From NCBI GenBank assembly GCA_041586955.1, contig JBFGZE010000004.1:28942-92941 (forward strand): DNA of 64,000 nucleotides, written 5' to 3'. The notes beneath the pieces are model-generated. The model did not search any database. It saw only the letters and a program-made list of their open reading frames with translations, and was not told where the DNA came from. This document shows positions 31,070-41,475 of this stretch, one piece after another (position 1 is the first letter of the stretch; each line of letters opens with the position of its first letter). This stretch comes from Bacteriovoracaceae bacterium. GTDB lineage: Bacteria; Bdellovibrionota; Bacteriovoracia; Bacteriovoracales; Bacteriovoracaceae. Position numbers and translations under genes: made by a program.

Positions 31070-34000
31070 TTAGTTAAAGGATTCTTCTTCATTATTTTCT
31101 TCTAATTTAACGTCAAGACAAAGTGCTTGAAGCTCTCTTAAAAGAACATTAAACGACTCTGGTAATCCAGGTTCAAGAACTTGTTCACCTTTAACGATGG
31201 ACTCATACATTCTCGTTCTACCGATAACGTCATCAGACTTAACAGTTAAGAATTCCTGAAGGGTATAGGCAGCACCATAAGCTTCAAGTGCCCACACTTC
31301 CATTTCCCCAAGTCTCTGACCACCAAATTGGGCCTTACCACCAAGTGGCTGTTGAGTCACAAGTGAATATGGTCCTGTTGAACGAGCATGAATTTTCTCG
31401 TCAACAAGGTGGTGCAGCTTAAGCATATACATGGTACCGACGGTCACTTCTTCAGCGAAGGCATCACCAGTACGGCCATCAAATAATGTTGTCTTACCTG
31501 ATTCATCCAAATCAGCTAGCTTCAACATTTCTCTAATGTCTTTTTCTGATGCACCATCAAATACAGAAGTTGAAAAACGCACACCTGTTGCCAATTGCTC
31601 AGCAACTTCTCGAACGCGCTTATCGCTAGCCTTTTGTAACCAGGCCTTCGCTTCATCGTTTTTGTAGACACTATAGATAAAATCCTTAAGTGTATGGATC
31701 TCTTTTTGCTCTTCTAGCATCCACTTAATTTTCTCACCCAGGCCGCGACCGGCCCAACCGAGGTGGAGCTCAAGAAGCTGTCCAATATTCATACGCGAAG
31801 GAACACCAAGTGGGTTCAATACGATTTCAACAGGTGTACCATCAGCAAGGAAAGGCATGTCTTCCTGAGGAAGTACATTTGAAATAACCCCTTTGTTACC
31901 GTGACGACCGGCCATTTTATCACCAGGCTGTAATTTTCTCTTAATGGCCACATAGACCATTACTTTCTTAATTACGCCTGGAGGTAGCTCGTCCCCTCTA
32001 TTAAGAAGAGCGATTTCCTCGTTGGCCTTAGTTCTTACTCTATTGATTCTATTTCTAATATCAGCAAAGTATTCACCCAATTTTTCTTCTAGCGCTGGCT
32101 CTAATGGAATATACCCAATTAGTTCAAAAGGAATACCTTTTAAAACGTCATAAGTAAGCTCAGAGCCCTTGGCCAATAACTCAGTTGAACCGTCTTCTGA
32201 GACCAGCTTATCTGTTGTTTTGGCACCCTTAAGCATTTCTGCAATTCTCTTAATTGAAGAATTTTGGATCGCTTTAATTTCAATATGCTCGTCTCTTCTT
32301 ACAAGAGTAGTATCGAGATCAATAATTTCCTTCATACGAGAATCAGGCTCAACACCTTCTCTTGTATAAACTTTTGCATCAATCACTGTACCGCGAACAG
32401 AGGATGGAACTCGTAAAGATGTATCTTTAACATCGCCTGCTTTATCACCAAAGATGGCCTTTAAAAGCTTTTCTTCTGGAGACAATTGAGTTTCACCTTT
32501 AGGTGTAATTTTACCAACAAGAATATCACCAGGCTTAATAATCGCACCGACACGAATAATCCCAGCTTCATCGAGATCTTTCAGCGCCTCTTCAGATACG
32601 TTTGGAATATCACGAGTAATCTCTTCCTTTCCTAATTTTGTATCTCTTGCTTCAACTTCAAAGCTTTCAATATGAACCGATGTAAAGACATCCTGGGCCA
32701 ACATTGACTCTGAAATCAAAATCGAATCTTCGTAGTTATAACCACCCCATGGCATGAATGCGACAAGAACGTTTTGCCCTAATGCCAAATCACCCAATTG
32801 AGTGGCCGGACCATCACCAATAACCTGTCCTTTCTTAACGAAATCACCCTCTTTTACGAGCGCTTTTTGGTTATTACAGGTATTTTGGTTTGTGCGCTGA
32901 TATTTAACGAGCTTGTAAATATCAACACCTGATTCGGTATCAGACACCTTATCTCTTTGGATAACAATTCTATTGGAGTCAACAAAAATAACTTTCCCAT
33001 CAGCTTCGGCTATTAAAATAGCTCCAGAATCACGAGCAATAATATTTTCGATACCAGTACCAACAATCGGGGCATCTGTTTTAACAACAGGAACCGCTTG
33101 CCTCATCATATTCGACCCCATTAAGGCACGGTTGGCATCATCGTGCTCTAAAAATGGGATTAATGATGTTGCAATAGAAATCATTTGACTGGGGGAAACG
33201 TCCATCAACTCAACAGCAGAGGAATCAACAAGAATATATTCACCTGCAGCACGAGAAGGTACATGATCTCCAAATACTTTACCGTCTTTAATATGATCTT
33301 GATCGATCTGAGCAATTACTTTTTTCTCTTCTTCGAAAGCAGTAAAGTACTTAATTTCGCCGATAGAGCGGTCTTCATTTACAACAGAATATGGAGTTTC
33401 AATAAAGCCGTATTCTGAAACTTTCGCAAAAGTTGCAAGAGAAGTAATTAGACCAATATTCGGTCCTTCAGGAGTCTCAACGGGACACATTCTTCCGTAG
33501 TGAGTACCGTGAACGTCACGAACCTCAAACCCTGCTCTTTCTCTAGTTAAACCGCCAGGCCCAAGGGCAGACAAACGACGCTTATGAGTTACCTCAGAAA
33601 GGGGATTTGTCTGATCCATAAACTGAGATAATTGAGATGAGCCAAAAAATTCTTTAACCGCTGCAGAAACAGGCTTTTGATTAACAAGATCGTAAGGCAT
33701 CATTGTTTCAATTTCTTGAATTGCCATTCTCTCTCTTACAGCTCTCTCCATGCGAACTAAACCAACGCGAAATTGATTTTCTAATAGTTCACCAACAGCA
33801 CGAACTCGCCGGTTACCGAGGTGATCGATATCATCGACCTTACCTTTACCATTATTAAGTTCAACAAGATAATCAACAGTTCTCAAAATATCGTCTTTTG
33901 TAAGGACTGTGTTCTCTACTGGAATTTCTAGACCAAACTTATAATTGATCTTCATACGACCAACTTTAGAAAGGTCATACTTATCCGCATTAAAGAATAA

Positions 34001-35197
34001 ACCATCAAAAAGTTTTTCTGCTGCTTCAAGCGCTGGCGGCTCACCAGGCCTTAATCTTTCGAAAATCTTAACAAGGGCTTCTTCACGGGAATCTGTTTTA
34101 TCAAGAAGTAAGGTGTTTCTAATTTGATCACCATAATTGATCATATCAATATAAAGCGTCTTTATTTCAGTGACACCTGCAGTGATTAATTCCTGCATTT
34201 TCGCTTCACTTAGGGCCTCATTTGCCAAGCAAAGAACTTCACCTGTACTTTCGTCGAAAATATCTTCCGCTACAACCTTGCCCACGATTTCTTCTAATTC
34301 AGCTGGAATTTCTTGAATACCAGCTTCATTCATTTTGCGAACAGAGGCATTTGTATATTTTTTACCACGCTTAACAAGCACCTTGCCTGTTTTTGGGTCA
34401 AGAATATCGTTAAAAGCTCTTGTCCCAGTCATAAGGCTAAAGTCTAATTTTCTTGTAAAGGTTCCGTCAGAGTTCATTGTAATAGTCTCATTTTTATAAA
34501 AACGAGATAATAAATCCTGAGTATTGAAACCCATTGCCTTTAAAACAACTGTTGCGTGTAGTTTTCTTTTTCTATCAATGCGAGCAAATAGAACATTTTT
34601 ATGATCAAATTCAAAATCTAACCATGACCCTCTATGAGGGATAATTCTAGAGGAATAAAGTAGTTTTCCACTGGAATGCTTCTTGCCACTATCATGCTCA
34701 AAAATAATACCTGGAGAACGGTGCAACTGAGATACAATTACTCTCTCTGTACCATTATAAACAAATGATCCAGTAGCCGCCATAAGAGGAATATTGCCAA
34801 GATAGACTTCTTGTTCCTTGATGGATGAAACTGTTCTTTGCTCATTTCCGTCCTTGTCAACCGTCACCTCGTAAAACACAAGTCGCACAACGACTTTTAA
34901 AGGTGCTTCGTAAGAAAGTCCTCTTTGACGACATTCCTTAACGGTGTACTTTGGAGTTTCCAATGAATAGCTTACAAACTCTAACGATACTGTTTTGTTA
35001 AAGTCGTAAATTGGAAATACGGATTTAAATACCCCTTGAAGACCTAGGTCCGCTCTTTTTGCAGGCGGAACATCCTTTTGCAAAAACTCTTCATATGAAG
35101 ATACTTGCAGCCTCATTAATGGGGGTGTTTCTAAACTAGCTTTGTTAGTGGAGAAGTTTTTTCGATACCACTGGTTTGGGGAAAAGACCTCAGTCAT
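31070..35197 (-). CDS. rpoB: RNA polymerase beta subunit
   Basis: [50 protein letters not shown]. Confidence 0.99.
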   Translation of the reverse strand: MTEVFSPNQWYRKNFSTNKASLETPPLMRLQVSSYEEFLQKDVPPAKRADLGLQGVFKSVFPIYDFNKTVSLEFVSYSLETPKYTVKECRQRGLSYEAPLKVVVRLVFYEVTVDKDGNEQRTVSSIKEQEVYLGNIPLMAATGSFVYNGTERVIVSQLHRSPGIIFEHDSGKKHSSGKLLYSSRIIPHRGSWLDFEFDHKNVLFARIDRKRKLHATVVLKAMGFNTQDLLSRFYKNETITMNSDGTFTRKLDFSLMTGTRAFNDILDPKTGKVLVKRGKKYTNASVRKMNEAGIQEIPAELEEIVGKVVAEDIFDESTGEVLCLANEALSEAKMQELITAGVTEIKTLYIDMINYGDQIRNTLLLDKTDSREEALVKIFERLRPGEPPALEAAEKLFDGLFFNADKYDLSKVGRMKINYKFGLEIPVENTVLTKDDILRTVDYLVELNNGKGKVDDIDHLGNRRVRAVGELLENQFRVGLVRMERAVRERMAIQEIETMMPYDLVNQKPVSAAVKEFFGSSQLSQFMDQTNPLSEVTHKRRLSALGPGGLTRERAGFEVRDVHGTHYGRMCPVETPEGPNIGLITSLATFAKVSEYGFIETPYSVVNEDRSIGEIKYFTAFEEEKKVIAQIDQDHIKDGKVFGDHVPSRAAGEYILVDSSAVELMDVSPSQMISIATSLIPFLEHDDANRALMGSNMMRQAVPVVKTDAPIVGTGIENIIARDSGAILIAEADGKVIFVDSNRIVIQRDKVSDTESGVDIYKLVKYQRTNQNTCNNQKALVKEGDFVKKGQVIGDGPATQLGDLALGQNVLVAFMPWGGYNYEDSILISESMLAQDVFTSVHIESFEVEARDTKLGKEEITRDIPNVSEEALKDLDEAGIIRVGAIIKPGDILVGKITPKGETQLSPEEKLLKAIFGDKAGDVKDTSLRVPSSVRGTVIDAKVYTREGVEPDSRMKEIIDLDTTLVRRDEHIEIKAIQNSSIKRIAEMLKGAKTTDKLVSEDGSTELLAKGSELTYDVLKGIPFELIGYIPLEPALEEKLGEYFADIRNRINRVRTKANEEIALLNRGDELPPGVIKKVMVYVAIKRKLQPGDKMAGRHGNKGVISNVLPQEDMPFLADGTPVEIVLNPLGVPSRMNIGQLLELHLGWAGRGLGEKIKWMLEEQKEIHTLKDFIYSVYKNDEAKAWLQKASDKRVREVAEQLATGVRFSTSVFDGASEKDIREMLKLADLDESGKTTLFDGRTGDAFAEEVTVGTMYMLKLHHLVDEKIHARSTGPYSLVTQQPLGGKAQFGGQRLGEMEVWALEAYGAAYTLQEFLTVKSDDVIGRTRMYESIVKGEQVLEPGLPESFNVLLRELQALCLDVKLEENNEEESFN

Positions 35198-35234
35198 TCG
35201 TTTCTCCTAGCGAGAATTTTGGTTATAAAAACAC

Positions 35235-35268
35235 AAAAAGGTGTGAAGATGACAACCACCTTCACACC
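35235..35268 (-). terminator. Terminator/attenuator between rplL and rpoB
   Basis: GGTGTGAAG...CTTCACACC stem followed by TTTTT on the minus strand; same position as the known rplL-rpoB attenuator. Confidence 0.7.
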
Positions 35269-35309
35269 ATTTTAAAACTAAATTTCTTTACCAATTAAGG
35301 TAATTGTCA

Positions 35310-35675
35310 TTACTTAAGCTCAGCTTTAGCGCCGGCAGCTTCAAGCTTTTTCTTAATTTCTTCAGCTTCTGCTTTGTCTACGCCTTCTTTAACTGGCTTT
35401 GGAGCACTTTCAACTAATTCTTTAGCTTCTTTTAGTCCAAGTCCTGTAATTGCGCGAACTTCTTTAATAACATTAATTTTCTTAGCACCACAGTCAGCAA
35501 GAACAACAGTAAATTCTGTTTGCTCTTCTACAGCAGCACCAGCAGCGGCACCAGCAACAGCAACGGGAGCTGCTGAGACACCAAATTTTTCCTCAAGTTC
35601 CTTAACCAAGTTTGCGATGTCAAGAACAGACATTGAAGAAATATGTTCGATCATTTGTTCGTTAGTAATAGCCAT
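35310..35675 (-). CDS. rplL: 50S ribosomal protein L7/L12
   Basis: [34 protein letters not shown]. Confidence 0.98.
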   Translation of the reverse strand: MAITNEQMIEHISSMSVLDIANLVKELEEKFGVSAAPVAVAGAAAGAAVEEQTEFTVVLADCGAKKINVIKEVRAITGLGLKEAKELVESAPKPVKEGVDKAEAEEIKKKLEAAGAKAELK

Positions 35676-35728
35676 TTTAGTCTCCTTATAATCAATCTTA
35701 CAATTTTTAAATCAAAATAATTTTAACA

Positions 35729-36277
35729 CTACGCTTCAGCTTCCGCCTCAGCAGTCTCAACCTTTAAAGCACCTGGAGTTTCAACGCCCTGCTTTTCAAC
35801 TTCATCCTTTACAGAATTCATTAAGCGAGCAAAAGCTGATACTGGAGCAATGAAAGTTGCAAGTAAGGTTCCAAGCATTTCATCCCTAGATGGAAGATCT
35901 GCAAGCTCTTTTACCTGATCAAGACTTAATTCTTCACCATTTAAAAGACCACCCTTAAGTTCAACAACATCATGTTCCTTAGATGCATTTTTAAGGCATT
36001 TTGCAACAGCTGCAGCATCGTCAAAAGCAAAGGCCACGGCATGTGGGCCTTTTAGATCCTTTAACATTTTTTCAGCGACAGTACCTACGGCAGCCTTTTC
36101 AAACAAAGTATTGCGAGTAACAATGATTTTTCCATCATGGTCGCGAACATTCTTACGAATGGCCACACCATCATTTGACGCAACACCGATCAAATTTGTA
36201 AGAAAGATCCCTTTTGCAGACTCAATATCCGTCTTGAGTCCGGAAATTATGACTTCTTTCCTTTCACGGTTCAACAT
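35729..36277 (-). CDS. rplJ: 50S ribosomal protein L10
   Basis: RNTL, LKGG, LADLPSRDEM; position between rplA and rplL. Confidence 0.95.
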   Translation of the reverse strand: MLNRERKEVIISGLKTDIESAKGIFLTNLIGVASNDGVAIRKNVRDHDGKIIVTRNTLFEKAAVGTVAEKMLKDLKGPHAVAFAFDDAAAVAKCLKNASKEHDVVELKGGLLNGEELSLDQVKELADLPSRDEMLGTLLATFIAPVSAFARLMNSVKDEVEKQGVETPGALKVETAEAEAEA

Positions 36278-36282
36278 AAATT

Positions 36283-36350
36283 ACCTCCTTATGTCTTAGG
36301 AGGGAGATTTCGGGCAGGTATTATAGAAAACAACCTTGTCTTCAACCGAC
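36283..36350 (-). promoter_or_regulatory. Probable L10 leader (autogenous translational control of rplJL)
   Basis: Minus strand GAAGAC-AAGGT...ACCTG core resembling L10 leaders, followed by a CCTCCT-N8-AGGAGG hairpin that pairs the rplJ SD. Confidence 0.55.
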
Positions 36351-36365
36351 CTTCTTCAACCCCTA

Positions 36366-37070
36366 TTAATTAGCAACTGCAACAGCTTCCGTAGTATCAA
36401 CTTTAATACCCGGACCCATTGTTGTACTTACAGTTAATGATTTAAGGTACGTACCCTTCGCACTCGCAGGCTTCGCTTTAATGATGGCCGTAATAATGGC
36501 ATCTACGTTCTTTCTTAAATCTTCATTAGAGAAAGACTTTTTACCGGCAGGAACATGGATTACACCATTTTTTTCTGTACGATATTCAACCTTACCGGCT
36601 TTTTGCTCGCCAACGGCCTTTGCAACATCTGGAGTTACAGTGCCAAGCTTTGGATTAGGCATTAGACCACGAGGTCCTAGAACACGACCAATGCGCCCTA
36701 GTTTCCCCATCATATCAGGAGAAGCAATTACGCGATCAAACTCTAGCCAGCCACCGGCTATTTTAGCAACAATATCGTCACCGCCAACAAAGTCGGCACC
36801 TGCAGCCTCTGCCGCCTGAATCTTGTCGCCAGATGTTATAACACAAACACGTACCGTTTTCCCTGTTCCAGCAGGAAGGGCCAAGGCGCCACGAATCATC
36901 TGGTCTGCATGCCTAGGGTCTACACCCAAGCGAAAAGCAAGATCAACTGTTTCGTCAAATTTAGCGTAAGAGGCTTCTTTGGCCAAACTAATCGCTTCTT
37001 CTAAAGTGTGTAATTTTGTATTATCAACTTTTGCCAAAGCTTCTAAATAATTTCTAGATTTCTTTTTCAT
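36366..37070 (-). CDS. rplA: 50S ribosomal protein L1
   Basis: [35 protein letters not shown]. Confidence 0.98.
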   Translation of the reverse strand: MKKKSRNYLEALAKVDNTKLHTLEEAISLAKEASYAKFDETVDLAFRLGVDPRHADQMIRGALALPAGTGKTVRVCVITSGDKIQAAEAAGADFVGGDDIVAKIAGGWLEFDRVIASPDMMGKLGRIGRVLGPRGLMPNPKLGTVTPDVAKAVGEQKAGKVEYRTEKNGVIHVPAGKKSFSNEDLRKNVDAIITAIIKAKPASAKGTYLKSLTVSTTMGPGIKVDTTEAVAVAN

Positions 37071-37114
37071 AACTCATCCCTCTTCGGTTTTTGACAGGTG
37101 TCACCGAATGTTTC

Positions 37115-37543
37115 TTACTTGTAATCCAGCTTCAGACCCATTGAACGGACTGACCCTTCAATTGTCTTGATTCCTGCTTCAGTTGTAGCAGCCGTTAGGT
37201 CAGGTCGTTTTGCTTCAACGATTTCCTTAACAACTTTTTCAGAAACAGATCCGGCCACTTCATGACCAGGCTTGTTGGAACCACTTTTAAGCTTAAGTTT
37301 TGTTTTAAGTAAATAACTCGCGGGTGGAGTTTTTGTGACAAAACTGAATGAGCGATCAGAGTAAACGGTAATAATTGTCGGTAACATTACTCCGGCGTCC
37401 TTTTGGGTCTTCGCATTGAAGGCCTTACAGAATTCCATAATGTTGACACCTTTTTGACCTAGAGCAGGTCCGACTGGTGGTGAAGGGTTAGCCTTTCCGC
37501 CAGCAATCTGTAGCTTAATGAAGCCAGTAACTTTCTTAGCCAT
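37115..37543 (-). CDS. rplK: 50S ribosomal protein L11
   Basis: [26 protein letters not shown]. Confidence 0.98.
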   Translation of the reverse strand: MAKKVTGFIKLQIAGGKANPSPPVGPALGQKGVNIMEFCKAFNAKTQKDAGVMLPTIITVYSDRSFSFVTKTPPASYLLKTKLKLKSGSNKPGHEVAGSVSEKVVKEIVEAKRPDLTAATTEAGIKTIEGSVRSMGLKLDYK

Positions 37544-37577
37544 AAAATCTCCTCGATTTTTTTAAAAAATCTACCAA

Positions 37578-38204
37578 CTAAACTTTTTCAACTTGGGAAA
37601 AGTCAAGCTCGACTGGTGTTGGTCGACCAAAAATTGAGACATTGACTTTTAACTTACCTTTATCACTAACTGTTTCAACGGTACCGACGAATGAAGCAAA
37701 TGGGCCTTCTGTAACTTTAACCGAGTCACCTTCTGAGAAGTCAACGTTGGTCTTAGGCCTCTTATAGCCCTCCTCTGCTTGATTCGTCATATAAGCCGCC
37801 TCTTCCTCAGAAATAGGCGCAGGTTCTGTGGAGGTACCTCCAACGAAACCCGTAATCTTATCTGTATCTTTTACCAGGTGCCACGTATCCTCAGTCATAA
37901 TCATTTTAATGAGAACGTAACCTGGAAAGAATTTGCGTTTAATCGTTCTTTTTTTGCCACCGGCATTCGTTACAACTGTTTCTTCTGGCACTAAAATGTC
38001 TGCGAAAAACTCAGTACGCTTAAAATTAACGATGCGCTCTTTAAGTGCTTTTGTAACTTTATTTTCCTGACCAGTTAAGGTCTTAGCAATATACCATTTA
38101 AAATCACCTGTTTGCTCGACCTGAGTTCCCTCAGTATCGGCAGGAGCAGTATCTTTCGTATTTTCGATATTTTGCTCTTCTAAATTTTTTGTATTTTCGT
38201 CCAT
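37578..38204 (-). CDS. nusG: Transcription termination/antitermination factor NusG (acidic N-terminal extension)
   Basis: FFPGYVL, GPFASFVG, SIFGRPTPVEL. Confidence 0.97.
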   Translation of the reverse strand: MDENTKNLEEQNIENTKDTAPADTEGTQVEQTGDFKWYIAKTLTGQENKVTKALKERIVNFKRTEFFADILVPEETVVTNAGGKKRTIKRKFFPGYVLIKMIMTEDTWHLVKDTDKITGFVGGTSTEPAPISEEEAAYMTNQAEEGYKRPKTNVDFSEGDSVKVTEGPFASFVGTVETVSDKGKLKVNVSIFGRPTPVELDFSQVEKV

Positions 38205-38216
38205 TTAGAAACGTCC

Positions 38217-38603
38217 TTAATAAAGCAGTTCTAATATTTTTCTAAAAATAAAGTCGACCCCTACAAAAAGGCCACTCAAAAACACTATTCCGATTACGAT
38301 ACCAACTGTCGCTCTTACGACAGAATCTTTTTCAGGCCAGATGACCTTAACCAATTCAGCGTAAACTTCGTTCAATAAAGTAGAAGCTTTACTGTTCTTA
38401 ATCACCACTAAAAATGTGATAAGGCCAGCAACAACCCCTACGCCTTGCGCAAAAAGCTCAAATTGTCCGATTTTAGCTTCAAGGTCAAACCATTCACCCA
38501 TCTGCGTAACAAACCGAATTGTAATAAAGCCAACTAGAAAAGCAGCTAACGCGACTAACGCATTGATCCACTTTTTACTATCTTCAGTCTTAATTAAAGA
38601 CAT
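38217..38603 (-). CDS. secE: Protein translocase subunit SecE (three-TM form)
   Basis: ELVKVIWP motif; position between tRNA-Trp and nusG. Start moved to ATG 38603 (AAGGA upstream). Confidence 0.9.
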   Translation of the reverse strand: MSLIKTEDSKKWINALVALAAFLVGFITIRFVTQMGEWFDLEAKIGQFELFAQGVGVVAGLITFLVVIKNSKASTLLNEVYAELVKVIWPEKDSVVRATVGIVIGIVFLSGLFVGVDFIFRKILELLY

Positions 38604-38729
38604 ACTCATCCTTAAATTTGTAAAAATCCTAATATAGTTTAACCAAGTCTTACCTATATGCGATAAAAGGAATAGAATGTCCAATAAAATCTTTGAAAAA
38701 AGCTAGGAGAATAGAAAGAGTGTAAAAAC

Positions 38730-38805
38730 TGGCGGGCGCAGAGAGACTCGAACTCCCAACCTACTGATTTGGAATCAGCCGCTCTACCATTAGAGCTATA
38801 CGCCC
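38730..38805 (-). tRNA. tRNA-Trp(CCA)
   Basis: 76-nt cloverleaf, anticodon arm GCTGA-TT-CCA-AA-TCAGT, GTTCGAG T-loop, encoded CCA. Confidence 0.97.
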
Positions 38806-38831
38806 GGTTACCAAGAAAGTGAAAGATACTT

Positions 38832-38862
38832 AAAAAACAAGGGCCAGTCAATGACTGGCCCT
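38832..38862 (-). terminator. Intrinsic terminator after tuf
   Basis: AGGGCCAGTC-aat-GACTGGCCCT, then TGTTTTTT on the minus strand. Confidence 0.8.
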
Positions 38863-38895
38863 AATAAAATCCTGTATTATTTACAGGTTTTTGAA

Positions 38896-40086
38896 TTATT
38901 CAACGATTTCAGAAACAGTTCCGGCACCGATTGTACGTCCACCCTCACGGATAGCAAACTTAAGACCTTTTTCCATTGCAATTGGAGTAATAAGTTCAAC
39001 GTCAAACGATGTATTATCACCAGGCATAATCATTTCAACGCCAGCAGGAAGAGTAATTGCACCAGTCACATCTGTTGTTCTGAAGTAGAACTGAGGACGG
39101 TATCCCTTAAAGATTGGAGTGTGACGTCCACCTTCGTCTTTAGAAAGGATATAAACTTCACATTTGAATTTTTTGTGTGGAAGAACTGAACCAGGCTTAC
39201 AAAGAACTTGGCCTCTTTCTACGTCCTCACGCTTAGTACCACGAAGAAGTAGTCCAACGTTATCACCTGCTTGACCTTGATCAAGAAGCTTACGGAACAT
39301 TTCAACACCAGTAACAGTTGTTTTAACAGTGTCACGGATACCTACGATCTCAACTTCTTCGTTCACGTTGACGATCCCTCTTTCAATACGTCCAGTAACA
39401 ACAGTACCGCGACCAGAAATTGAAAATACATCTTCAACAGGCATTAAAAATTGCTTATCAACATCACGAACTGGAGCTGGGATATACTCATCAACTTGGT
39501 TCATCAATTCAACAATTTTCTCTCTACCAATATTGGCATCTCTATTCTCAACGGCAGCAAGAGCTGAACCAGAAATAATTGGAAGATCGTCACCAGGAAA
39601 ATCATAAGAAGAAAGAAGTTCACGAACTTCCATCTCTACAAGCTCAAGTAACTCTTCATCATCAACTTGATCAACTTTGTTCAAGAAGACAACGATAGCT
39701 GGAACACCAACCTGGCGAGCAAGAAGGATATGTTCACGAGTTTGAGGCATAGGGCCGTCAGCAGCAGATACAACAAGAATTGCACCGTCCATTTGAGCAG
39801 CACCAGTAATCATGTTTTTAACGTAGTCAGCGTGACCTGGACAGTCAACATGAGCATAGTGGCGATTAGCTGTTTCGTACTCAACGTGAGCAGAGTTAAT
39901 AGTAATACCACGAGCTTTTTCTTCTGGAGCTGAGTCAATTTCAGCATAATCTCTTGCTTCACCACCATTAACTTCAGCCATTGTCATAGTAATAGCAGCA
40001 GTAAGAGTTGTTTTACCATGGTCAACGTGACCGATAGTGCCAATGTTTACGTGAGGTTTATTACGCTCAAACTTTTCTTTTGCCAT
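38896..40086 (-). CDS. tuf: Elongation factor Tu
   Basis: [32 protein letters not shown]. Confidence 0.99.
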   Translation of the reverse strand: MAKEKFERNKPHVNIGTIGHVDHGKTTLTAAITMTMAEVNGGEARDYAEIDSAPEEKARGITINSAHVEYETANRHYAHVDCPGHADYVKNMITGAAQMDGAILVVSAADGPMPQTREHILLARQVGVPAIVVFLNKVDQVDDEELLELVEMEVRELLSSYDFPGDDLPIISGSALAAVENRDANIGREKIVELMNQVDEYIPAPVRDVDKQFLMPVEDVFSISGRGTVVTGRIERGIVNVNEEVEIVGIRDTVKTTVTGVEMFRKLLDQGQAGDNVGLLLRGTKREDVERGQVLCKPGSVLPHKKFKCEVYILSKDEGGRHTPIFKGYRPQFYFRTTDVTGAITLPAGVEMIMPGDNTSFDVELITPIAMEKGLKFAIREGGRTIGAGTVSEIVE

Positions 40087-40167
40087 TTTAGGCCTCCTTC
40101 TATTTGCGAAAACGAACTATTATTAGTGTTGTTATTCTTTATTAATTTAATGGTAATCAGGCTATCA

Positions 40168-40196
40168 AGTATCCTTCATTTCCCCATCTGTGACAA
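40168..40196 (-). promoter_or_regulatory. Putative internal sigma70 promoter for tuf
   Basis: TTGTCA-N17-GATACT on the minus strand in the tRNA-tuf gap. Confidence 0.45.
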
Positions 40197-40283
40197 GAGA
40201 AAATAAGTGCACCTTTCCTGAAAACTTAAAGCCTTTTATCTGGAAATAAACGAAAGAACAAGATTTTTTTATCGGAATTTTAA

Positions 40284-40358
<75 letters not shown>

Positions 40359-40382
40359 TAATTCAGTACCTGAACTAAAAAA

Positions 40383-40458
40383 TGGAGCGGGCGACGCGAT
40401 TCGAACGCGCGACATCCAGCTTGGAAGGCTGGCACTCTACCAACTGAGCTACACCCGC
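40383..40458 (-). tRNA. tRNA-Gly(TCC)
   Basis: Anticodon arm CCAGC-CT-TCC-AA-GCTGG; CCA end. Confidence 0.97.
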
Positions 40459-40507
40459 AGGGTAAAATCCGTAATTCTGGCCTGGCCTAGAGACCAATAC
40501 TTTAAAG

Positions 40508-40592
40508 TGGTGGCGGGAGATGGATTCGAACCATCGAAGGGAAACCCGACAGATTTACAGTCTGTTGCCTTTGGCCACTCGGCAACCCCGCC
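40508..40592 (-). tRNA. tRNA-Tyr(GTA)
   Basis: Anticodon arm ACAGA-CT-GTA-AA-TCTGT, long variable arm, CCA end. Confidence 0.97.
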
Positions 40593-40604
40593 CTTTTTTG
40601 AAAA

Positions 40605-40680
40605 TGGAGCTGGCTATAGGATTTGAACCTACGACCTGCGGTTTACAAAACCGCTGCTCTACCAACTGAGCTAAGCCAGC
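40605..40680 (-). tRNA. tRNA-Thr(TGT)
   Basis: Anticodon arm GCGGT-TT-TGT-AA-ACCGC; CCA end. Classic Thr-Tyr-Gly-Thr-tuf cluster. Confidence 0.97.
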
Positions 40681-40737
40681 CAAACCAATTTCAGTGACCT
40701 TTTTTAAATGTAATAATCTACAAAATCAAGTAATTTT

Positions 40738-41475
40738 TTAAGAAAAAAATCGATCCATGGCAATTGCGGAAGCGACGGAAACATTCAATGACTTGATTCT
40801 ACCTTGAGACTTGAAGCTTACAAGGGTCTTAAGCCTGTGCATTACAGCGTGACTAAGACCCTTCTCTTCGGAGCCCATGATTAAACAAATTTTACTTGAA
40901 CCCTCCGGACAATCGCCCTCTGCATGTTCAGAAAAACCGACACAATCAACCCCTCTATCGTCCAATTGACCGATAAATCGAGACAAGGATGGAACTGGCA
41001 CTAGTCGTACCACTTCTGCGGCCCCTGAGGCGATTCTGAAGAAGCTCGGACTTAAGGAAAAACTTCCCTTCTGAGAAATGATCACATAGGGGCAATTATA
41101 AAAAGCGGCGGTCCTTAATATTGCGGCAGCATTGTTGACATCGCTCACTTGGTCCAGACAAAAAATTCTTATTTTTTCATCCTTTACACATTGATCTAAT
41201 ACGTTTTTCGCCTGTAGCGGTTCTAACTGAGTTGCTATTAAGTAGGCTTGACCTGGCACTCTCGTGAAGGTGAAACCTCTTTGTGCATACTCCTTCTTTG
41301 CCATTTCTTGAACTGCATGAGAGCTCACAATTTCCATTTTGTCTTGTAACGGTCTTGTATCAAACCCCATTTTTCCAATCGCATCACGAGTGCAAATTAA
41401 CTTCACCACCTCGCGCCTGGTATTTTGAATCGCTTCTCTAATACTGTGATGACCAATTATTAAATCTGTTTCCAT
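40738..41475 (-). CDS. SpoU/TrmH-family rRNA methyltransferase (RlmB-like)
   Basis: GSEEKGL, SLNVSVA, ASGAAE. Start overlaps the proS stop (TAATG). Confidence 0.85.
   Translation of the reverse strand: METDLIIGHHSIREAIQNTRREVVKLICTRDAIGKMGFDTRPLQDKMEIVSSHAVQEMAKKEYAQRGFTFTRVPGQAYLIATQLEPLQAKNVLDQCVKDEKIRIFCLDQVSDVNNAAAILRTAAFYNCPYVIISQKGSFSLSPSFFRIASGAAEVVRLVPVPSLSRFIGQLDDRGVDCVGFSEHAEGDCPEGSSKICLIMGSEEKGLSHAVMHRLKTLVSFKSQGRIKSLNVSVASAIAMDRFFS

Noticed and set aside
33100..33112. RpoB NMMRQ instead of NMQRQ
   Set aside because: Needs more than one base change and this variant is known in other bacterial lineages; treated as ordinary divergence.
33550..33650. Rifampicin-resistance region of rpoB (and streptomycin sites of rpsL)
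   Set aside because: Key residues are wild type (D, H, S in cluster I; K42 and K87 equivalents in S12), so there is no resistance signal.
38604..38684. Long N-terminal extensions of SecE (and of RplD, PccB, RplE, RpmD) in the ORF track
   Set aside because: Downstream ATGs have SD sequences and match the family starts. Unlike FlgG, these extensions lack an SD and any signal-like character.
38654..38851. 65-aa minus-strand ORF between tuf and secE as a possible rpmG
   Set aside because: It runs through tRNA-Trp and the tuf terminator and has no L33 similarity.
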